DNA of 39,697 nucleotides from Candidatus Falkowbacteria bacterium. Its GTDB lineage: Bacteria; Patescibacteriota; Patescibacteriia; Patescibacteriales; XYC2-FULL-47-12. Shown here one piece after another: positions 17,346 to 26,825 of this stretch. The stretch is from NCBI GenBank assembly GCA_043811275.1, contig JBDRNG010000039.1, positions 1 through 39,697 of the forward strand, read 5' to 3'. Both the position numbers and the translations under genes were made by a program. The notes beneath the pieces are model-generated. The model was not told where the DNA came from. It did not search any database and was given only the letters and a program-made list of their open reading frames with translations. How positions within the stretch are numbered: position 1 is the stretch's first letter; every line of letters begins with the position of its first letter.

Positions 17346-19511
17346 CTACTCAAACTCCCCCACCTGAATCTTTCGCAAATCATCATTTTTAATACCTAAA
17401 CTTAAAAATCTCATTACATTGTAAGCGGTGTTACCATCGCCTAAATAATATCTTCGGCCATCGCTTGGGTTAATATACCAAGCTTCTCCGTGAGACTCCA
17501 CTTGCAAAGCGATTCTACCTTTCAATCTATTTATTAAACTTTGATTATAATTAAATTTTCCTTCTTTGTCCGGACGATAACCATTGAATATTTCTGATTT
17601 ATCATCAAAACCATCACCATCTGTGTCTGCTTTGTTCGGATCAGTGCCAATCGCTATTTCTAAATTATCTGGAATCTTATCTCCATCAGTGTCTTGCAAT
17701 GTATAAATTTTTTCTTGGATACCAATTGGGATAGTTTCTAAATCAGCGTTAGTTATTCCTAATCCCAGAGATCTCATGATGTCGTAAGAAGCCTGCCCGT
17801 CTTTCATATAGAACTTATTTTCTGATTCTGGATCTACATACCAGGCTTCGCCGTTGTTTTCTACCTGTAATAATATTCTACCTTTAATTCTATTAGTTAA
17901 TTCTTTATCTATTTTTTGCACTAATCTCTTTTCCATTTCCACTATTTTATTTTCTAATTGCGAGATGGTGCGTTCTAGCTTCAGGATGAGTAAGTCAGCC
18001 TTATCTTCAGAATAGCGGGCGTGGATTGAAGGTGCTTTTTTTATTGCACTGTTTGTTTGTGTTGCATTTTTAATTACATCATCTACTTGTCCATCACCTC
18101 CAACCGTAATTGTTTTAGTTGATGTATTATTAGCTTCATCGCTTTCAGTAATATCATTATCAGCATCAAGAGTAACCTTAACTGTGTATGTACCCGGAGT
18201 CATACCAAAAAATGTTGAGGTAATTTCACCTGAAGCTATTTTTTCACCTTCAGGTACTTCATTTCGCAACGTCGTTTGTCCATTAGTTAATACTATTGCA
18301 AAACCTCCATTAATTTCGCCAGGGCCAAGATTACTGTATTTTACTGTTATACCACCATCACCTTCTGTAATACCTTTAAAAAATAACTCCACTCCTACTT
18401 CAAGTTCTCTGGTTTCTAAATCTGTCTCGCCGTTTTCTTCGCCTTCATAAATAAACATCTGCGCATCACTACAGGCTCCGTGTCCAAAATCACCCGTTGA
18501 ATTACAAACTTTATATTCATAAGTACTCCCACTCATTAAGCTGTAATCTTCTCCAAAAATCCTCTCATGCTTAGTTGTTTGTGAATTATGAAAACCTCCA
18601 TTAATAATATTATTGTTCCATTTAGTGGTAAACCAATGGTCAGAATCAGCAAAACGCCATTTAACATTATAAAAATGACTCTTTAAATTTGTAGTCCATT
18701 CTGCTTTAGCTGTATTATTGGGTAAAATAGTCAGCGCTATATTATTAAAAACAGGAGGTTCACCCGAACCCACTGTTTTAAAAGTGATATAATCTTCGTC
18801 TTTGTTATTATTATTAACAATCCCATTATTTACCTCTGCGCTTGATATGTGGCATGTATATTCTGTATTTGGCTTTAGGTAATCAATGCCCATAGAATGA
18901 TAAATTCCGATTACATTTACATTAGTAGTTGGTTTTATTTCTTCATCAATACCAAACGCGCTACAAGAGGCTTCACCATTACTCAAAATATAAGGAGTTT
19001 TCCAATAAAGTTCAGCTCCAGTCCAACCTATGAACCTTGCTTGAGAATTTTTAATTTCAAGTTTTTTATTTCCTATAACATCATCAAAAGTAATAGATTT
19101 AACTAATGTATTATTACTTTCATCTGTTTCAACAAGTTTGTCTAAAGAATCAGGATAATTAACAATAAAAGTAATTAGATGTGTCTTGCCATCTGGTCTA
19201 ATGCCAAAATCGCTAAGTCCTATTTGAATATTTTTTGTTTCATTTTTATCATATACTCTGCCTGTGCCACTATATGATTTTTTTTCATCATACAAAGCTT
19301 TGACAAAATAATTTAATTGAGTGAGTGACTCTGTTTCATTAATATCTTTTATGGTCATACCAACACTAACTGTATCATCACCTATCACTGTTTGAAAGCT
19401 ATTTTCATCAAAAACAAAATCAGGAATTCCTTCTGCTTGCGCGCTATTTAAATTTAATATAATAAATGCCAGCGCGCAAACTAAAGTGAATAAAACTATT
19501 TTCCTAAACAT
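17346..19511 (-). CDS. Secreted surface protein with CARDB/Ig-like domains and CPR-type C-terminal repeats
   Basis: Signal peptide, two E.DE.NN CARDB ends, duplicated GRI.LQVE..GEAWY..P modules around DTDGD calcium-binding-like repeats. Confidence 0.75.
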   Translation of the reverse strand: MFRKIVLFTLVCALAFIILNLNSAQAEGIPDFVFDENSFQTVIGDDTVSVGMTIKDINETESLTQLNYFVKALYDEKKSYSGTGRVYDKNETKNIQIGLSDFGIRPDGKTHLITFIVNYPDSLDKLVETDESNNTLVKSITFDDVIGNKKLEIKNSQARFIGWTGAELYWKTPYILSNGEASCSAFGIDEEIKPTTNVNVIGIYHSMGIDYLKPNTEYTCHISSAEVNNGIVNNNNKDEDYITFKTVGSGEPPVFNNIALTILPNNTAKAEWTTNLKSHFYNVKWRFADSDHWFTTKWNNNIINGGFHNSQTTKHERIFGEDYSLMSGSTYEYKVCNSTGDFGHGACSDAQMFIYEGEENGETDLETRELEVGVELFFKGITEGDGGITVKYSNLGPGEINGGFAIVLTNGQTTLRNEVPEGEKIASGEITSTFFGMTPGTYTVKVTLDADNDITESDEANNTSTKTITVGGDGQVDDVIKNATQTNSAIKKAPSIHARYSEDKADLLILKLERTISQLENKIVEMEKRLVQKIDKELTNRIKGRILLQVENNGEAWYVDPESENKFYMKDGQASYDIMRSLGLGITNADLETIPIGIQEKIYTLQDTDGDKIPDNLEIAIGTDPNKADTDGDGFDDKSEIFNGYRPDKEGKFNYNQSLINRLKGRIALQVESHGEAWYINPSDGRRYYLGDGNTAYNVMRFLSLGIKNDDLRKIQVGEFE

Positions 19512-19620
19512 ATGTCTTTTTTAATTGTTAAATTGTTTTATTGTTAATAACAATGAAACAATTTTATTAATTAATAATTTTTTAACTTTAAGCTTTAGAC
19601 TTTGAACTTTAGACTTTAGA

Positions 19621-21546
19621 CTATTCCACCTTCCCATACCCCTTCCCTACTTCATCATCTTCCAGGTTGGTGGTTTTAGCTTTAGTGCTTAAGCTAATTA
19701 TACCTGCGCTGACAGTGTCTTCAGCGCTAACATTGGCTGGATTTAGCAATGACACTATTTTATTCTTATCAACGTCAGTCGGAGTAAAAATAATACTAAA
19801 TTCCGCTATGGCTGGTTCATCTATAACGTCCCATTCGTTAATAGCCCAAGATATTTCTCGACTATTAGAATCGTATAATATTTTTCCAGCGCTGTTACTA
19901 TAATTACTTTCCCAGTTGACATTGGCTGGCAATTTAACACTGGTGGTAATATTTTTTAAATCATGGCGAGAATTAGTTAAAGTCCAAAAAACTTTAAACT
20001 TGGTTTGTTCGCCGACTTTAGGTGGCAACGGCCCTTCACCGACAGCAATGTTATTGCGGTCAAAATAACGAACTTCATTTTTAAATGCTAAATCACTGTT
20101 AACTTTATTTACTACTCTGGTTACTGATTGGCCGTTGTCTTTAAGCTTGCTGTCAATGCTATAATCCAGCGAACTTATAATATTAAAATCTGCTGTCGCT
20201 ATTTTTTTTGCTTCTTCAGCTGTTTTTACTTTCAGAGAAAAGCTAAAACTACTTTCTTCATCAGGGCTGATATTGCTTAAAGAATTTACTTCTTCTTTGG
20301 TCCAAATAATGGAATTTCCCCGCCGTTCACCTTTATTATTATCAACTAAATCATCCCAATCAACCATAACCGAATCTACCGTGGCCATAATTGCCACATT
20401 TTTTAAACTAGCGTCGCTATTATTTTTATAATGCAGTACATAATTTAGGGCATCGCCTAAATCTACTGCTTTATTTCCCAATGAACCATTCACTGACAGG
20501 CTTAATTGCAACGCTCCTTCGGCCACGGCCGCGCTTAAATCATATTCAGCAAAGATATGTTCAGTGACAGACATTTTTCCGTCTAGCTCAATTTCTTGAG
20601 GAATAAAAAATACTAATCTTAAATTATCAGTTTGGGGCTTCTTTTTGTATTTTCCTTTAATTATTAATTCTTGTTTTTGTTCAGTTAAATCATTGATTTC
20701 CCACTCACCTGTTTGACTATTACTAATGACAAAATTATCATCATGCTCAAGACGAATTTTAAAGTAATCAAAAAAACTTTCTTTTTGTTTGGTATATTCA
20801 AGTTTAATTTCCGATTCTTCATTAACATGAAAAAATGACGGCGCTTCCACATTTAAATTAACTCCGGTTGAAGAAACTTTAGTAGTTATTTCTTTTTCTA
20901 CGTCAAAAGTTGAACTAAAATTTTCCGGCCGATAAGTAATAAAAGCTTTGATGGCCTGTTCGCTTTCTAACGGAGCAATAATTATCGCTTTAACAACTAT
21001 CCGACCACTTCGTTTAATATCAATTTGTTCAAGCTGCCAGGAAGCAAGCGCTGGATTATTATCCCCGCCAGCTGTTACCGGAGCCGCGTCTAATACAACA
21101 AAACCTTCCGGATACATTAAATTAATCTGCACATCGCGCAAATTAAATTTGCTTAAATTTTTATACTGCAGTTCATAAACAACTTCTTCTCCAGCTACTA
21201 CCTCTTCTGGTCCGATAATATTAAATTCTATATCTTCCGTGCGCATCCTTGCTCCAGAATTGAACAAAAAAAATAAAAACCAAGAAACAATAGTAATCAT
21301 TCCTAATAATACTAAAAACATCACTGTTATTTTTTTCCAAGGATCTGCCTGTTTTCGATGAAATACAGAAGATGGTTGTGTTGGTTCACCGGATACAGAG
21401 CTTTTATCGCTATTATTATCATCATTTCCATTCTGATAAATTTCTTTAATACTGGCGTCCAATTTGCTATCTTGTTCTTTTTCTTTTAACAGTTTGGCAA
21501 AATTTTCTTCTTTATTATGGTTATTATTGTTATCTTGTTTAGACAT
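19621..21546 (-). CDS. Membrane-anchored protein with Ig-like (DUF11-like) domains
   Basis: One N-terminal TM helix, beta-rich repeats (Y.L.YKN.S), GEGPLPPKVG motif. ATG at 21546 preferred. Confidence 0.7.
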   Translation of the reverse strand: MSKQDNNNNHNKEENFAKLLKEKEQDSKLDASIKEIYQNGNDDNNSDKSSVSGEPTQPSSVFHRKQADPWKKITVMFLVLLGMITIVSWFLFFLFNSGARMRTEDIEFNIIGPEEVVAGEEVVYELQYKNLSKFNLRDVQINLMYPEGFVVLDAAPVTAGGDNNPALASWQLEQIDIKRSGRIVVKAIIIAPLESEQAIKAFITYRPENFSSTFDVEKEITTKVSSTGVNLNVEAPSFFHVNEESEIKLEYTKQKESFFDYFKIRLEHDDNFVISNSQTGEWEINDLTEQKQELIIKGKYKKKPQTDNLRLVFFIPQEIELDGKMSVTEHIFAEYDLSAAVAEGALQLSLSVNGSLGNKAVDLGDALNYVLHYKNNSDASLKNVAIMATVDSVMVDWDDLVDNNKGERRGNSIIWTKEEVNSLSNISPDEESSFSFSLKVKTAEEAKKIATADFNIISSLDYSIDSKLKDNGQSVTRVVNKVNSDLAFKNEVRYFDRNNIAVGEGPLPPKVGEQTKFKVFWTLTNSRHDLKNITTSVKLPANVNWESNYSNSAGKILYDSNSREISWAINEWDVIDEPAIAEFSIIFTPTDVDKNKIVSLLNPANVSAEDTVSAGIISLSTKAKTTNLEDDEVGKGYGKVE

Positions 21547-21553
21547 AGTTACA

Positions 21554-22030
21554 CCCCACAAATCTACAAATCAGCTACAAATAATACAAATCTCTATTTT
21601 TGTAGATTATTAGGATTTAAAATTCTAATGGATTTAACACCACTAGGTGTGAAGTTAGCTAAAATAGCTAGTTTTAAACCTGTAATTTGGAGATACTGTT
21701 TAACTTGATCCATATTCTGTTTTGAAAAGTGATTTCCTTTTTTTATTTCTAAAACTATTTTTTCATCTACAATAAAATCTATATAATTCGTAGCTATAAT
21801 TTTATTATTAACTCTAATTTTATACGGAGCTTGTCTTGTGTATTTTATGTTTCTGCTAATAAAATATTGTTCAATTCCTTTTTCGTAATATTTTTCTTTA
21901 TATCCATAACCTAACTGATTATATGTTTCAAATAATATACCTACTATCTGATAGCTTAAATCTTTATGTAGCACTTTATTGTCGTTCATAGCATTTGTAT
22001 TATTTGTAGCTGATTTGTAGATTTGTGGGG
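21554..22030. mobile_element. Inverted-repeat-bounded GxxExxY cassette (putative mobile or intervening element)
   Basis: Perfect 38-bp inverted repeats at 21554-21591 and 21993-22030 enclose exactly one gene. Confidence 0.65.
21594..21989 (-). CDS. GxxExxY protein (PD-(D/E)xK nuclease-like)
   Basis: LGYGYKEKYY, IDFIVDEKIVLEIK, Q...YL and LANF motifs. Confidence 0.92.
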   Translation of the reverse strand: MNDNKVLHKDLSYQIVGILFETYNQLGYGYKEKYYEKGIEQYFISRNIKYTRQAPYKIRVNNKIIATNYIDFIVDEKIVLEIKKGNHFSKQNMDQVKQYLQITGLKLAILANFTPSGVKSIRILNPNNLQK

Positions 22031-22033
22031 GGG

Positions 22034-24016
22034 TTAACGTTCCTTTTCTACCTGATAATAGTTTAACACAAAATCAGCAATTTCCCTAAAAAGCGGAGCC
22101 GCCGAAGAAGCGGAAAAACGAACATCTTTAGGGTCTTGCAGGTAAGCTATCATTACAAACTGTGGGTCATCCACTGGAGCAAAGCCAACAAAAGAATGAT
22201 TAGTTCGGTTGGAATAACCGCGAACAATACTGGAAGCGATCTGGGCTGTGCCAGTCTTACCAGCGACATAATATCCTTCCACTTCTGCCAGTTTAGCATG
22301 GCCACCATCAACCACATTAACCAGCATGCCAGACACTAAAGCGGCGGCTCGTGGCGAAATAACTCGTTTTAATTCTTGTGGCTGTGTTTTGATTCGCTCG
22401 CCGTCCGGCTTAATAATTTCGTCAATAATATATGGCTTAACTAAAATTCCCTGATTAGCGATAGCGGCAAAAGCAGTTACCATTTGCAAAGGAGTGGTCG
22501 TAATGCCTTGTCCAAAAGAAGCAGTGGCCATGTTAAGATTTCCTCCTAAATTTTTATGATACAAAGAACTAATATTACCCTCGCTTTCTGTTTTTAATTT
22601 AATACCGGTTTTTTCTCCAAAGCCAAAATCTTCCATATATTTTATGAAATTATTAATGCCTACTTTTTGAGCAACATATACCGCGCCAGTATTAATTGAA
22701 TTTTCTAATATTTGATTTATAGTAACATCGCCATAAACAAGGTCGTCAGAGTTATGAATGGTTTCGGTTGCTAAAGTAACTGATCCAATATCATGAAAAA
22801 TGCTATCCGGCTCCACTAACCCTAAGTCAACCCCCATGGCCATGGTAATGGGCTTAAAGATTGAGCCTGGTTCATAGGCTTGAAAAATGCCAATATTATT
22901 AAAATATTTTAGATCTTTTGTCTTGCCATAATCATTAGGATCAAAATCAGGATAAACGCACATAGCGATAATAGCCCCCGTTTTTGGATTCATAATTATG
23001 ACAGCGCCTAAATCAGCTCCGTGTCGTAAGGTTGATTCATTAAGTTTACGGCAAGCTACATTTTGAATTGTTTTATCAATTGTTAAAATTATGTCATCGC
23101 CATTAATCGCTGGATTAAACTGGCGGTCAGCGGCAATGATTGTTTGTCCACTAGCATCACGTTCAGCGACTAACGATCCCATCACTCCTTTTAATTCATT
23201 ATTAAAATACCCTTCTACCCCGTAAGATCCTTGACTTAATTCATTATTACTATTGGCAATAACATAACCCAGTACATGCGAAGAAATATTTTTCTCTGGA
23301 TAATAGCGATAACTGCTCATAGAATAATCAATGCCTTTAATTTTCAAAGCTAAAATTTCCGCCAACTTTTCTTCATTAACTTTTTTTGCCAACGGCTCAT
23401 AAGGATCACCACGTTTGGAAAGTTTTTTAAATAATTCTTCCGAATATTCTTCTAACTTTTTTTCATGATCTTGTTCTATTTCTTCTTCAATAGCCAAACG
23501 TTCTTTCTCTAACGCCACCGCTAACTGCTCTTCATTAATAACTATCTCTTCTCCTGCCTTTAATTTACCAGACGCCTTAATTTCATTAGCCATTTCTTCA
23601 CGCAAACGTTGTTCAACTACTGCCACTAGATGCTCAACATCCGGTTCTTTATAAACTAAAGTAAATAAAACCGGCGCTAATTTCTTTACCGCATCTTCTG
23701 GATCAAGAACATCTTTTGGCACTGTATAAATTAAAGCAAAATCTTTATTAGCGGCTAAAGGATATAATTCGCTTTTATTATTATCACCTTCTTTGCTACG
23801 TACAAAAATACGCCCTCTCTCTGGCATAATTTCTTTATCCACGCCGTGCTGTCGCAATGCTTTAGCGGCGTATAAATCATAATTTAATAATTGCACATTA
23901 AATAAACGAATAATAATAGCTATGGCAAATAAAAAAATAATCGCTACAAGCAGTGTGATGCGATTATCTTTATCTAAACGACCGTTATTTTTTTTATGAT
24001 ATAAGCTCCAAATCAT
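22034..24016 (-). CDS. ftsI: Class B penicillin-binding protein (FtsI-like)
   Basis: ERGRI, RYYP, EPGSIFK (SxxK), SIN (SxN) and KTGTAQ motifs, in mraZ-rsmH-ftsL context. Confidence 0.9.
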   Translation of the reverse strand: MIWSLYHKKNNGRLDKDNRITLLVAIIFLFAIAIIIRLFNVQLLNYDLYAAKALRQHGVDKEIMPERGRIFVRSKEGDNNKSELYPLAANKDFALIYTVPKDVLDPEDAVKKLAPVLFTLVYKEPDVEHLVAVVEQRLREEMANEIKASGKLKAGEEIVINEEQLAVALEKERLAIEEEIEQDHEKKLEEYSEELFKKLSKRGDPYEPLAKKVNEEKLAEILALKIKGIDYSMSSYRYYPEKNISSHVLGYVIANSNNELSQGSYGVEGYFNNELKGVMGSLVAERDASGQTIIAADRQFNPAINGDDIILTIDKTIQNVACRKLNESTLRHGADLGAVIIMNPKTGAIIAMCVYPDFDPNDYGKTKDLKYFNNIGIFQAYEPGSIFKPITMAMGVDLGLVEPDSIFHDIGSVTLATETIHNSDDLVYGDVTINQILENSINTGAVYVAQKVGINNFIKYMEDFGFGEKTGIKLKTESEGNISSLYHKNLGGNLNMATASFGQGITTTPLQMVTAFAAIANQGILVKPYIIDEIIKPDGERIKTQPQELKRVISPRAAALVSGMLVNVVDGGHAKLAEVEGYYVAGKTGTAQIASSIVRGYSNRTNHSFVGFAPVDDPQFVMIAYLQDPKDVRFSASSAAPLFREIADFVLNYYQVEKER

Positions 24017-24119
24017 GCTTTAGTTGATTAGTTACATAGTTACACAGTTGACTAATTTTTAAAAACAACACCTAATTAACTAAACAACTATTTAACTATG
24101 TAACTGATTAACTGATTAA

Positions 24120-24503
24120 CTAATCCGCCATAGCAACATTTTCATTTTTAAATTCAATATAATCAATTTCATTAACACTAACCATTTCTAATTCTTGAAT
24201 GCGTTCTTGCAGTCCTTTATAAGATTCTAAATTCATGACAATTAATTCTAAGTCTCTATTATTCTTTTTTAAATCTTGAACGCTATTTTTTATTTCATTA
24301 ATAGCAAAACCCTGTGAAATAAGATGATTACTAGCCACAAAATAACTAATACTCACAATTAATATTAATGAAGCTAAAAAATAATTCAATGTTTTCATGT
24401 TCAACTGTAATGGCAAGCGCATTCTTCGCACCTGCGCGGCATAACCATACAAATTATTTCTGCCTTCGCATTCTTTAAATTTAGTTGTTGTTAATTCCTC
24501 CAT
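24120..24503 (-). CDS. ftsL: FtsL-like cell division protein
   Basis: Single TM helix followed by a coiled coil, between rsmH and ftsI. Start uncertain. Confidence 0.6.
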   Translation of the reverse strand: MEELTTTKFKECEGRNNLYGYAAQVRRMRLPLQLNMKTLNYFLASLILIVSISYFVASNHLISQGFAINEIKNSVQDLKKNNRDLELIVMNLESYKGLQERIQELEMVSVNEIDYIEFKNENVAMAD

Positions 24504-24667
24504 GTTAATCAACTTATAATAATAAATACTGTAATATTACATGTGATGCTAATTAACTGTCATTGCGCTACGTTTATGAGCGGATCGCAATGACAGTTAA
24601 GTCGTAAATCGTAAAATTAGCATCATATTCTTTCTGCTTCCCTCTTCCGCCAGCTGGCGGATTTGCG

Positions 24668-25696
24668 CTACATCTTTTCCGCTATCCGCATTTTCGCGCT
24701 GCGGGCGCGCGGATTTTGCTTAATTTCCTCTATTGATGGTATTACAACTTTTTTAGTTATAATTTTTAATTGCGCCTGATGCTGACATTGACAGATCGGC
24801 ATAGCCGGCGGACAAATGCAATCTTTAGACTCTTGTTTAAAAAATTGTTTAACTATTCTGTCTTCCAACGAATGGTAAGAAATAATTACTACACGACCGC
24901 CCTGATTTAAAGCTAGGACAGATTGTTCTAATAATGCTTTTAAATTTTCCAGTTCATTATTAGTCGCGATGCGGAGCGCCTGAAAAGTCCGCGTTGCTGG
25001 GTGTATTCGCACTTTTCTATAATTTTTAGGATTGCCTCTATAACTTTCAGGATTGCCTCGCCGTAGTCCCGAGTCACTCGGGACGAAGGCGGGTACTGCT
25101 TGAATGATAATGTCCGCCAATTGTTTAGCTGTTCGAATCACTGGAGCGCTCCTCCGCCCGGAATGCATGGTTTCTGGGCTCCTCCTTGTTTGGACAATCG
25201 CTCCGGCAATGCGATCAGCATACCTTTCTTCTCCAAAATTTTTAATAATTTCAACTAATTTTTCTTTACTATATTTATTTATAATTTCTAAAGTTTTTTC
25301 GCTTTCATCTTTATTATTAAAAGCCATATTTAACGGCGCATCCAATCCAAAAGAGAATCCGCGATTCCGGTCTTGGAGTTGAGCTGATGATAAACCAAGA
25401 TCAGCAACAAGGCCATCAACGGCTTCCAACTCATTTTCTTGAATAATATTTTGTAAGTGTTTAAAATTATCATGGACTAATGTTATATTTTTGTTTTTAA
25501 AAATTTTTTGAGCATTTTTGATGGCCAGCTCGTCTGCGTCAATTGCAATTACTTTTCCTTTGGCGCCAACTTTTTTAGCAATCTCTTTAGTGTATCCTCC
25601 GCCACCTAGGGTGCAATCAACTATTACTTGCCCTGCTTGCGGACGCAAATATTCTATTGCCTCCTTAAGCATGACTGGTGTATGTTGATAGGCCAT
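24668..25696 (-). CDS. rsmH: 16S rRNA m4C1402 methyltransferase with in-frame insertions
   Basis: HTPVML, DCTLGGGG, DLGLSS.Q, HPATRTFQALRI, SYHSLEDRIVK and NPRARSAK. Confidence 0.97.
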   Translation of the reverse strand: MAYQHTPVMLKEAIEYLRPQAGQVIVDCTLGGGGYTKEIAKKVGAKGKVIAIDADELAIKNAQKIFKNKNITLVHDNFKHLQNIIQENELEAVDGLVADLGLSSAQLQDRNRGFSFGLDAPLNMAFNNKDESEKTLEIINKYSKEKLVEIIKNFGEERYADRIAGAIVQTRRSPETMHSGRRSAPVIRTAKQLADIIIQAVPAFVPSDSGLRRGNPESYRGNPKNYRKVRIHPATRTFQALRIATNNELENLKALLEQSVLALNQGGRVVIISYHSLEDRIVKQFFKQESKDCICPPAMPICQCQHQAQLKIITKKVVIPSIEEIKQNPRARSAKMRIAEKM

Positions 25697-25697
25697 T

Positions 25698-25823
25698 TTA
25701 TCCTAAAATAAGTCTTAAAGTTTCAGCTTCCGCGCCGACTGAAGAAATTAACATAATGAAGACCGGCACAATAATAACAGCTAAAATAAAAATTAAATTT
25801 GGTATTATATTTATTTTTGTCAT
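25698..25823 (-). CDS. Unannotated 41-aa single-TM protein
   Basis: MTKINIIPNLIFILAVIIVPVFIMLISSVGAEAETLRLILG*. Stop is 1 nt before the rsmH ATG and GAGG lies upstream. Confidence 0.55.
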   Translation of the reverse strand: MTKINIIPNLIFILAVIIVPVFIMLISSVGAEAETLRLILG

Positions 25824-25964
25824 ATTCCTCTCATCCTAACCCTCTCCCCCAGGGAGAAAAAACTTAAATGAATTAAATTATTTTCGCCCCCCTCGCCCCG
25901 AAGTACTTCGAGAGGTGGGGGGTGCCTGCCCGCCCAGCTTACAAAGCTTGTGGAGGGAGGGAGT

Positions 25965-26393
25965 TTATGCTAATTCCCCTAATCCTTCAGCTATTTTACT
26001 GCTATTTTTTTCTGTTGTTTTACTATATTTTTTCCAAGCTGATTCATCCCAAATTTCAATTCTATTATATAGCCCCGCAATAATAGCCTTCTTTTTTAAA
26101 CTAGCATAGTCGCGTAAATATTCTGGCAATAAAATTCTACCCTGTTTATCAAATTCTGCTTCCATTGCTCCGGCTAACATGTAGCGGCCAAAAGCGCGGG
26201 TATTTGCTTTATTAATAGGAGCGCTGGCAATTTGTTCTGCCAACTTCTTCCATTCGTCTTGGGAGTAAAGAAAAAGACAGTTGTCAAGACCACGGGTAAC
26301 CACTGCCCCGCTTTTTAACTTAGAACGAAACTTTGCCGGCACGGCCACTCGCCCTTTATCGTCTATATTATGTGAGTACTCTCCAATAAACAC
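25965..26393 (-). CDS. mraZ: Transcriptional regulator MraZ
   Basis: FIGEY.H.IDDKGRV.VP, DKQGRILLP and IEIWD, GTG start. Confidence 0.97.
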   Translation of the reverse strand: MFIGEYSHNIDDKGRVAVPAKFRSKLKSGAVVTRGLDNCLFLYSQDEWKKLAEQIASAPINKANTRAFGRYMLAGAMEAEFDKQGRILLPEYLRDYASLKKKAIIAGLYNRIEIWDESAWKKYSKTTEKNSSKIAEGLGELA

Positions 26394-26430
26394 TAGGTTG
26401 AATTTAGAATTTATAATTAAAAATTTAGAA

Positions 26431-26787
26431 TTAATTTTTATTTGCGTTTTTAACGCTTTTAACTAAAATGCAAATAATTTCCTCACTTTCTTCTATTAAT
26501 AATTTCATTTTATCTTTCTGCATTAAACCAACTGCTATTATCATTTCTAACCAACGTTTAGTTTCTTTTGCTTCTTTTAATGATATCCTTAGATGATTTA
26601 TAAAATCTTTTCTAGAAACACCTCCTTTAGCTTGAACTATATTAGAATTTATTGAAGTAGAGGAATTTATTACTTGCCCGCCAATTTTCCAAGCAACAAC
26701 ATTATTTGGCAGGCACAAAACCATTTTTATTACTCTTACGGCAAATTGAAAAGTACGTTCATCAATATCCCAAATCTTTTCATTCAT
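26431..26787 (-). CDS. Four helix bundle protein (23S rRNA IVP-like family)
   Basis: ERTFQFAVRVI, QVINSSTSI.SNI, SRKDF...L.ISLKEAKET..WL. Confidence 0.9.
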   Translation of the reverse strand: MNEKIWDIDERTFQFAVRVIKMVLCLPNNVVAWKIGGQVINSSTSINSNIVQAKGGVSRKDFINHLRISLKEAKETKRWLEMIIAVGLMQKDKMKLLIEESEEIICILVKSVKNANKN

Positions 26788-26825
26788 ATACTATTTTTTA
26801 ATTCTAATTTCTTAATTCTTAATTG

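Noticed and set aside
21554-22030. CRISPR array or classical IS interpretation of the repeats
   Set aside because: No regularly spaced direct repeats with unique spacers, no cas genes and no DDE transposase.
26431-26787. Diversity-generating retroelement suggested by the Avd-like fold
   Set aside because: No reverse transcriptase and no TR/VR pair differing at adenines in this window.
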